From the NCBI GenBank assembly GCA_016748015.1, contig JAAOMT010000077.1, positions 1-6,867 on the forward strand: DNA of 6,867 nucleotides, read 5' to 3'. The translations under genes and the position numbers were made by a program. The notes beneath the pieces are model-generated. The model did not search any database, was not told the origin of the DNA, and saw only the letters and a program-made list of their open reading frames with translations. This DNA comes from Geosiphon pyriformis uo1. Its lineage: Eukaryota; Fungi; Glomeromycota. Positions 1 to 6,867 of the stretch are shown here, piece after piece (position 1 is the first letter of the stretch; each line of letters starts with the position of its first letter).

Positions 1-255
1 CTTATGATAAGTATTTACTCCTGCTACCCTTAAGCTCCCACCACTTATAGGACTCCGTGTAATACTTGGATGTCCCTGTTGTACGCTTTGACCAGGCTTT
101 AGTCATTGGTCTCCATGTACATCCCACGGACTCCTGTACCCTTATTGGGATTCAGACTATTTTTAGATTCAGTGACGCGAGCATCCTATAGCCTTTTGGG
201 CCGCCTCATTTTGGAGGTTGAATGGCTTGCCCGCTTGATGGCTCCCCCCCCCCCC
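1..255. repeat. Terminal direct repeat, copy 1 (circular-contig overlap)
   Basis: cttatgataagtatttactc...gatggctcccccccccccc at 1-255 is identical to 6613-6867. Both copies run exactly to the window edges. Confidence 0.97.
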
Positions 256-3200
256 CTGCCCTGGAATTTGAGGTCCTCTTTGACAGGCGATGATCGGATA
301 CAGATGCTGAAATGCCCCTTGTGAACACGATAGGATCTCGTTTGGTTGGCCCCATTTTACCACTTGAGGGCAGAGCCGTCCACCCCCCAACACCCCACAC
401 CCCATATGGCCCCAACTACCAATGCTCCCAAGACTATATCCCTACTTTGAACCTTGTCCAGACCCCCTTTACCCTTGTACTCGCCCCCCCCCCTTGTAGG
501 ATCCCATCCCTGCCCCAGTGGGTTTAGGGGATGGCCCCATATGGGGTTCATCCTGGCTAAACTAAGTATCCCGAATCCTTATTTGATACCCTAAGTTGGA
601 TTGGGGACACCCTGATTGGTATACCATATCTACTAGCGCCTATTTGACCCTTACATCATTTGTTACTCATTATTCGCTTTGCTCCTATTCTAAGCTCATA
701 AGGACCCCTTTACATGCCATAGTACTTTGCTTAAGGACTCTCATCAGATGATACTGCTTTGATCGTACCCCTCTGCCATTAGACCCTTCGCACCACACCA
801 ACCCCCCCCAATCCTTCTTTGGGGACAGTCCATTTGACTATTGCTTAGACCAGGAGGCAATACTAGGTTGGGTAGTGCGATCTCCCTTAATACCCCCCCC
901 CCGGGAGTGATTATGGCTACATCCACATGGTTGTAATACAAACTTCTTGGTCATGAGCCTTTGGAGGATATCAAAGCATCAGTAAGATTTGGTCACCTAA
1001 GAGGTATTTCGCTTCTTGGAGAGCTGCTGGGGCTAATGGCCTGAATATGACTACTTTACTTGTATTTGGGGTGTAGTCGCTCTTTACCTCTGTTACAGCG
1101 CCATTAGCGCTTAGATATGATTAGGTAACTTTTGTGTAAAGTATTGGGATCTGGATACCTATTTGGCAGGGCCAGTTTGGGATACTCTCCCATGAGGGGA
1201 CCTTTAGAGAGCAATAGTCAGCTGGATCCTCAATAGTTATTTGGAGTCCTTTTACAGAAAGGACTGATACTTGTAGTACTTGACTTTGAAGCTATAGGAA
1301 CAAAAGCCATGGGAGGGATTTACAGACAGAGTACTTGTATTGAACAGCCATCTAGGTACCAATTGTCCTATTTGGATCCGTACTTTTTTGGGGACGCTTC
1401 GATAGTATGTAGCTCTAAAGCGAAGGCCCCTCTTAGGGCTTCTCAGGGACCAGTAGGATCATGGTGCTTGGAGAAGGGGGTAGTAGCCATCGTTGTAATA
1501 TCTCCCCAGTAGAGGGAGTATAACCGCCATATACTGCTGTGCTTTGATAAGACCCTAGAGCTTAACTGTAAAGCCCCAATTGGATTTTAGTACTATCCTG
1601 ATGGGAGCCCTGATAATGGTTCCCCTTATAGGTAGGCTATTCTTGCTACCACTATACCGTACCACCCTGGGCCATTAAAGCTTGAGCAATAAAGCCTTGT
1701 TGAACCTTACAGTCAATACTGAATTTAGGCTGTAACTTTACTCAGTGTTTCCCTGCTGTTTGCACAAGGATTATGGACACGCCTATGAATGATTTTATTA
1801 CACTCATTAGTCTCCCAAAGCTTATAAGAGGATACTAAGTACTTGGACTTTAACCCTAAAGTTTACAGCGCATCCTTAGGTTTGGAGCCCTTAAATCCAA
1901 GCCCATTGCAATTATGGGTACACCTTATTGAGATATTCAGCGGAGCCCTTAAAATGGTAAGCTACTTTACATGGGCATCCGAATATTACGTATAATACTT
2001 GGTACTGCTTTAGGCTATGAGTCCTCTAGGTACCCTGTTTAATGGATATTATCTTGGGGACTTGAAATGCAGCTCTATTTGGGTAGCCTGACAAGTCCTT
2101 GAGAGTACAGTCGCCCATAGGTCACAGTATTAAGCTTAAGCCCTAAAGGACTAACTAAATATTCTGATACATGCATAGAGAGCAGCACGGAGGTCCATAG
2201 GCCCCTTGAGAAATGATCCAACTACTTGATCAACACTGAGTAGCCATGGAGATGTTATGGATTTAGTAGGTAACTTACCATTTGCACTTTAGACCCCCCC
2301 CCGAACCCCCTCGATCACATGTTCGCCGAAGGGATTGGGGATTAGGGTACAGTCCCCTTTGCCCCTCCCTTGCTTGTAGCCCTCAATTACTGGAGACCGC
2401 AGTACCTATTGCCATCCCCCCTTGGCCAAATTCAGTAAGCATTCGAGACCATATGGGATTACCCATACTATCCACTATGCACCTCTAAAACTGCCTTGCT
2501 TATAGCTGAGCAACCAATCTTACTTTGAGGCTTATTTGGTTACCCCCCCCCCGCAGAGGGCTCTAGAAACTACGTTATGGGACCTCCTTGTATAACATGG
2601 TACTATGGCCTCAGTTGGGGAATTCACTGAGAAGTTGTCTAAAGCCCTGTCTTAATCCTTAAGGGTAGTACTTACAACGATTCTTTGGTCCATTGGGTAA
2701 GGACTTTCAGTACAATACCTGATGCCTAGAAGTGGAGACTCCCTATCCCGACCTGTACATAGGTCTTTATGGGCCTGGGGGCCTGTGGATTGGTAAGATT
2801 CCGATTCTGCGTGCTCAGCTAACTCTTGGTTGCGATACCAAACACATATATTGGTTGTAGGGTTAGGTGGTAGCCGGTGGCCAGGGCTTTGGAGGTTTAT
2901 TGAGGACCCTTGTGGGTTATGAGGAGTCCTATTTTGCCTACTAGGTTTGGGCCTCCTGGGCACTCCACACCACTCACGGTTTATTGGGTTAGTAGTAGTA
3001 AATGAGTACTCCACACGTACCCAGTTGGTTTGGTAGTCTTACCTATTTATTGGAGATAGATGGAGTCCTTGATCCCTATCTCTACCCTTGGGCCCCTGCG
3101 CCATGCTTGCCCAATCCCCCAGACCCGCCCCCCCCCCTAACCTCCTGCCCACCCTCGACCCCTTATATACGACTTTGCCATGCTTATCAACAATTGGGGC

Positions 3201-6200
3201 ATTGACAGGCTCTCCCAGGGCTTATGGGATTCCACAAGGTTTCTTTGGACTCCTTTACCAACTCGGGTAGCATGCTGGATATGTCGCGAGAGCCCTATGA
3301 TTGACACACATAAGTCTATACAGGGAGTGGCCCCAAAATACATGGTTGATTTGATGGCAGGATGATGCAATCCATATGGTATACTATTGGCTACTATTGA
3401 TGGGTAATGATTGGAGGCTATACGACTAAGTTTCTTGTTGGATTTTGGTAACTATAGCCATATCAGAGGATTCAGAAAATAACATTGATTGATGATAGGT
3501 AATGGCTACTTATCCTACGAGTCTGCTAGAAATATGGTCCCACCACCCACAGACTTCTTGGATACAAGCCTTTATACTGCTCGCACCCCGATGGCTGGCA
3601 TACTAAGGCCTATTGGTACTGGGGATAATGATTGGTATCTGGATACCCCCCGAGGCCCCCCCACTACCTTGCTATTTTGTTTAGTGTTTTGGGATATGAG
3701 TATTGGGTGCGTGATACTATCATGTACTGAGTTTGCCCCCCTTAAGCTGGTTGCGAATCCGCTTTCAAATACACGGGTCCCCAGTAATAGTTCCCAGGTA
3801 CTATGGACCCGCCCTCATGGGCTATACCGACTCTACCCTGATGGTTATTGGGTTTTACCTTATGAGGTTGAAGCCGCTACTCCTATTACCACCCCCTAAG
3901 TGCCATTACTATAACCTTACTATACCAAATACAAAATGATACCCCTTACCCCCTGGTGCCAGATGGATCCAAGCAGTTCTGGGGACTTGAGCTACCTCTA
4001 TAGCCCATACCCAGGCATGGACCCTAATGGTACTTGGTGGCAGGTAACTGCTGCGGATATGGTAGCCCCAAGTACTTGGATCGTAATGATATTTGGCTGT
4101 TTGGAAGCCCAGTTATTGGGACCCTTTGGGGACTGCTACCATTTGGTCAGATTACATGGGATCTATTGGAGATTTTTGTTGAATTGCTTTGGTATGAGAC
4201 TTTTGTACAACTTTAGTACTTATACTCATATATCTTAAGCAGTACCTGTCAGAAATATCGTTACCCCCCTATTATTGTAAGTCCCATTCACTCCGACTTA
4301 CCATTTGATCACAGGTATCCCCAAAACTTTCTAAGGCCTATAAGATAATATGGATGGATGATCTCAGGGATTCTACAGTACAACGTCTACTTGGATACCT
4401 TAAACTGTAAGTAATCACAGTACTCTAGGAGGCTGTACATTTTAGTAAGCAAAGTCAATAAGGGGATTGCCAGTATACCTCGTACTACCCAGTATTGGTA
4501 TGGATCCATATGAGCAAGGACTGCTAAAAGGTAGGATAACCATCCCTGTATTTTGGTATATGGCCCTCTGCGTCAGGCCGCCTGGAGGCTATTAGGAGGC
4601 TATAGGCTAATGGTTGTTACCTTATAGTAGGCTAGATGCTTACCCAAGATGGTATAGGTAGTCAACATAGGTCCCGTCTGTTTAGATCAGTATTATAAGT
4701 AGTTAGTGGTGATAGTACTCTATCAGGTTTGATTGGTATATGGGTAATTGGAGTAATAGTGCAACTTTCTGCCCTTTGGAGTTACTGGATGGACCCATTG
4801 CGCGGAGCCTTTGAGCCCTTGGTGCGGAATAAGGTTGAATCATACTGCCTCCTGTTATTGGTGGTTGTTGGTTTAAGTTGGTGGTTTGTTTTGGTTTTGA
4901 ATACAACCCTCCCCTTTCATTTTCTACCTCCCCTGCCAATGGGCCATAGTTGATCCAGCTGGTATTTTACTCTGGTAGTGCCCTGTATTTGGTAGGGTGG
5001 TAAGCTGTCATACCTCTGGTAGTTACTCAATCCCTTGTGAAGCACCAGTTTTGTAGTGATACTTGTAGTATCCAAGCTGTATACCAAATCACTAGATAGT
5101 CTTTTAGGGTTGATGGGTAATAGTGCTAGGAGATTGATTGGTTGGGTTTGAACTGGGTTTGGTACTTTCATGATCCCACTTTTGATCTGATTTTATATTG
5201 GGTTTTCTTTGTTGGTGTACCCTACCTTTGGATTTGCCTCTGGGACCCTACTTAGGGTAATCTTGGGTGACCTAGAGGCTCATGGATCTATTTGTCTTGT
5301 TGATTACTTGTGGGTGTCTTGGAGAGTTGGTAGGTACTCCCTTTGTATGGAGTTTGTTTGAGAATAACAGTATGGGGTGATTACGGATCTCTAATTCTAT
5401 TGTGTGCTCTTTGTAGACTATTGGTTGTGCTTGATTGTCCTTTGTTTGAGTGCTTGTGTGGGGAAAAAAAGTGATGGACCACCTTCAGGTTTATTGGTTT
5501 ACAGGAGTAGGCTTGTTATCTCTGTAGTATCTGGTTTATCCCTCGGTTAGCCAGTCTTTGTTGGTTTTATTCTAAGGGTTGGTTTGTAAATACTATTTTG
5601 GGATTCTCTCTTAATATAGAGGATTTAGCTCTCTGAATTTGAGATTGTATGCACTTAGATATTGGGTCATGTTGGAACTAGGTATTGTGTGCCTTTGTGG
5701 CTTGTAGGGTTGGTTTTGTTGGGTGGTGGTTGTTTCGTATACGTTTAGGGCCATTCTTTCCTCTACCTAGTTGATTTTGGTTGCTTTGGTACTCTGGAGT
5801 TGGGCTCTTATGATTTGAATTTCTGAGGGGCTGATTATTGCGTTTTGGCCTGTATCTGTTTGACAAATATGGTTAGTTGTTATGGGCTTTGTCTGCTTAT
5901 ATTTGGACTGTTGATTACGATGGCTTCTGTTAAGTAGCTTCCACTTATTTCCCATATCGTTAGACTTATATGCTCAGATGCTTCTCGGTTGTTGGATGCC
6001 CAATACTTGTGCAATATATTGTCCTAACTCCTTATGTAGTTGTTCCTTTTTGCTATTACTTCACTTTGTTTGCTCCCGTTCATTATTTTTCCCCAATCGT
6101 CTGGCTGTTCGTTACCTCTGTTTTGGCCCATGTAATTTGTGATGGTTTGGTATTGGGTTCCTTTATGGGTTTGGTATTTTGGAGTATTGGTATGGATAGT

Positions 6201-6612
6201 ATAGCCAAGGACTTCTATTTATGGATATTTTTTGCTTGGTTGGTATTACTTTTATGGACCTTTTTACTTTAGGTTTGTAGTACTTGTATTTGGGGGGATA
6301 GAGGGAGAAGGTTTAAGACGGGACGTTTGATACCTTATATGCTTGTTGATATTTTAGTGTTGGTTAGGGTAGAAACCTGGTATTGGTTGTGTGTACTGGG
6401 ATACCTTGGTGTTTAAGAGCCGATCCCCTATGTATTGCCCTTGAACTGGTGTAAATTTCCTACTTTTTTATGTCATGAGGGAGTATCTTTGCTTGACCTG
6501 TAATGGTCTGCCTGTAGCGGTTATATACCTCACATGTAATACGCTTGTTTGCAATTATTCGTGATTCCTGGCCATATAGCCAGCCAAGTCCACAATACTC
6601 CGATCCTCCCTG
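1..6612 (+). CDS. Hypothetical closed (endless) 2,204-codon frame +1, valid only if TAA/TAG and TGA are all sense codons
   Basis: The length is divisible by 3. Hand counts give GTA about 72:43:50 across the three phases, all 8 GTAGTA in phase 1, and three 12-15 nt dispersed repeats in phase. Against this, about 100 in-frame standard stops are present, which is no depletion relative to chance. Confidence 0.2.
50..75 (-). promoter_or_regulatory. Candidate rolling-circle origin stem-loop with AAGTATTAC nonanucleotide
   Basis: On the + strand, ggac-tcc (50-56) pairs with gga-t-gtcc (68-75): 7 bp with one bulge and an 11-nt loop. The loop read on the - strand is AAGTATTACAC. AAGTATTAC is the porcine circovirus 2 nonanucleotide. 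No convincing HUH Rep was found. Confidence 0.3.
244..256 (+). repeat. C13 homopolymer, the longest of a family of + strand C tracts
   Basis: Read directly. Others are C10 at 484-493, 893-902, 2543-2552 and 3128-3137, C9 at 2294-2302, C8 at 802-809 and C7 at 3656-3662. Confidence 0.95.
524..560 (+). other. Long imperfect hairpin (about 15 bp, with G-U pairs)
   Basis: ttag-gggatg-gcccc [atat] ggggt-t-catcct-gg-ctaa. The G534-U547 and G528-U554 pairs form only on the + strand. Confidence 0.6.
2716..3378 (+). CDS. Putative divergent reverse-transcriptase/polymerase palm-like segment in frame +1 (requires stop read-through)
   Basis: Ordered motifs in one frame: YLMPRSGDSLSRPV (2716-2757, like motifs 1-2), YLFIGDRWSPW (Asp at 3055, like motif A), YGIPQG (GIPQG 3226-3240, like motif B') and WLIW(tga)WQDDAI (WQDD 3355-3366, like motif C). 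The S..SP normally following PQG and the Y/F of YxDD are missing. Confidence 0.2.
3489..4361 (+). CDS. Hypothetical protein (about 290 aa) in frame +3 under TAA/TAG=Gln, joining track ORFs 3489-3899 and 3936-4238
   Basis: Only TAA codons interrupt this frame between TGA 3486 and TGA 4359. It includes the longest standard-code ORF (136 aa). No homology recognised. Confidence 0.15.
5229..5290 (+). other. Nested/branched stem-loop
   Basis: gcctctggg (5236-5244) pairs with cctagaggc (5271-5279), 9 bp including a G-U. Inner stem accct/agggt (5245-5258). Outer stem tggattt/ggatcta (5229-5235/5284-5290). Confidence 0.55.
5667..6575 (-). CDS. Hypothetical basic Q/K/P/T/N-rich protein (about 302 aa) under TAA/TAG=Gln (table 6)
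   Basis: Runs from ATG at 6575 to TGA at 5667-5669 with no TGA in frame. The TGA-free frame extends across the junction back to position 695. It contains HKGTQY twice, with only synonymous differences. No homology recognised. Confidence 0.15.
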
Positions 6613-6867
6613 CTTATGATAAGTATTTACTCCTGCTACCCTTAAGCTCCCACCACTTATAGGACTCCGTGTAATACTTGGATGTCCCTGTTGTACGCTT
6701 TGACCAGGCTTTAGTCATTGGTCTCCATGTACATCCCACGGACTCCTGTACCCTTATTGGGATTCAGACTATTTTTAGATTCAGTGACGCGAGCATCCTA
6801 TAGCCTTTTGGGCCGCCTCATTTTGGAGGTTGAATGGCTTGCCCGCTTGATGGCTCCCCCCCCCCCC
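6613..6867. repeat. Terminal direct repeat, copy 2 (circular-contig overlap)
   Basis: Exact copy of 1-255, giving a unit length of 6,612 nt. Confidence 0.97.

Larger units (their letters stand above)
1..6612. mobile_element. Complete 6,612-nt circular element (or tandem-repeat unit) of unknown class
   Basis: Terminal redundancy implies circularity. There are no recognisable housekeeping, phage or organellar genes in the standard code. The class (circular RNA, ssDNA, organellar or plasmid circle) cannot be fixed from sequence alone. Confidence 0.6.

Noticed and set aside
1-255. Terminal repeats as LTRs of a retrotransposon
   Set aside because: The copies are identical and cut exactly at the window edges, ending inside a C tract. 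There are no TG...CA termini, no tRNA primer-binding site and no gag/pol ORF. An assembly overlap is the simpler explanation.
286-294. GDD (RdRp motif C) in frame +1
   Set aside because: No motif B or motif A at suitable spacing in any frame. It is preceded by poly-Pro.
700-760. Hammerhead core CUGAUGA on the - strand (747-741)
   Set aside because: No stem II closing onto a GAAA follows. No CUGANGA was found on the + strand.
1705-1760. Hairpin-ribozyme-like CAGGGAAACAC on the - strand with flanking helices
   Set aside because: The opposite loop-B strand is UAUUGA rather than GUAUAUUAC, and no AGAA/NGUC loop A is positioned correctly. An Infernal/Rfam scan is still advisable.
1981-1989. GAATATTAC nonanucleotide variant on the + strand
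   Set aside because: Flanked by only a 2-bp stem.
602-2330. Mitochondrial cox1/cob-like words (GHPDWY at 605, FGHL at 988, W*ATLHG at 1955, HMF at 2316)
   Set aside because: They are isolated, in different frames, and in the wrong order and spacing for cox1 or cob. No long table-4 ORF was seen.
106-5955. Remaining 60-120 aa ORFs of the supplied track as genes
   Set aside because: Their lengths are as expected by chance, they overlap in conflicting frames, and none has a recognisable domain.
5970-6272. 100-aa hydrophobic ORF as a membrane protein (nad/atp-like)
   Set aside because: The hydrophobicity follows from the roughly 42% T composition, and the other + frame I translated here looks similar. 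There is no diagnostic motif.
1-6612. Perfect HDV/Obelisk-like rod fold of the whole circle
   Set aside because: Only short, register-shifting long-range matches were found, and the large U excess over A cannot be fully paired. Local or branched structure fits better.

Overview
The window is one complete circular molecule of 6,612 nt. Bases 6613-6867 exactly repeat bases 1-255, as expected for a circular contig's assembly overlap. Under the standard code no ORF exceeds 136 aa, and I recognise no gene, rRNA, tRNA, CRISPR array or canonical ribozyme. The sequence still does not look random. The circle length is exactly 3 x 2,204, and there is a weak hand-counted 3-nt periodicity that holds the same phase (+ frame 1) around the circle. 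G-U-containing hairpins are frequent on the + strand, long C tracts occur only on the + strand, and a G/T-rich arc switches abruptly to C-rich sequence near the junction. A circovirus-type nonanucleotide (AAGTATTAC) lies in a stem-loop close to that switch. If TAA/TAG are read as Gln and TGA as Trp, frame +1 becomes a closed, endless 2,204-codon frame containing ordered RT-like motifs (GIPQG ... WQDD). My best hypothesis is an unclassified circular replicon (structured circular RNA or ssDNA), possibly from a eukaryotic host with reassigned stop codons. A mostly non-coding organellar or plasmid circle, or a decayed element, is not excluded. All protein-level calls are low confidence.
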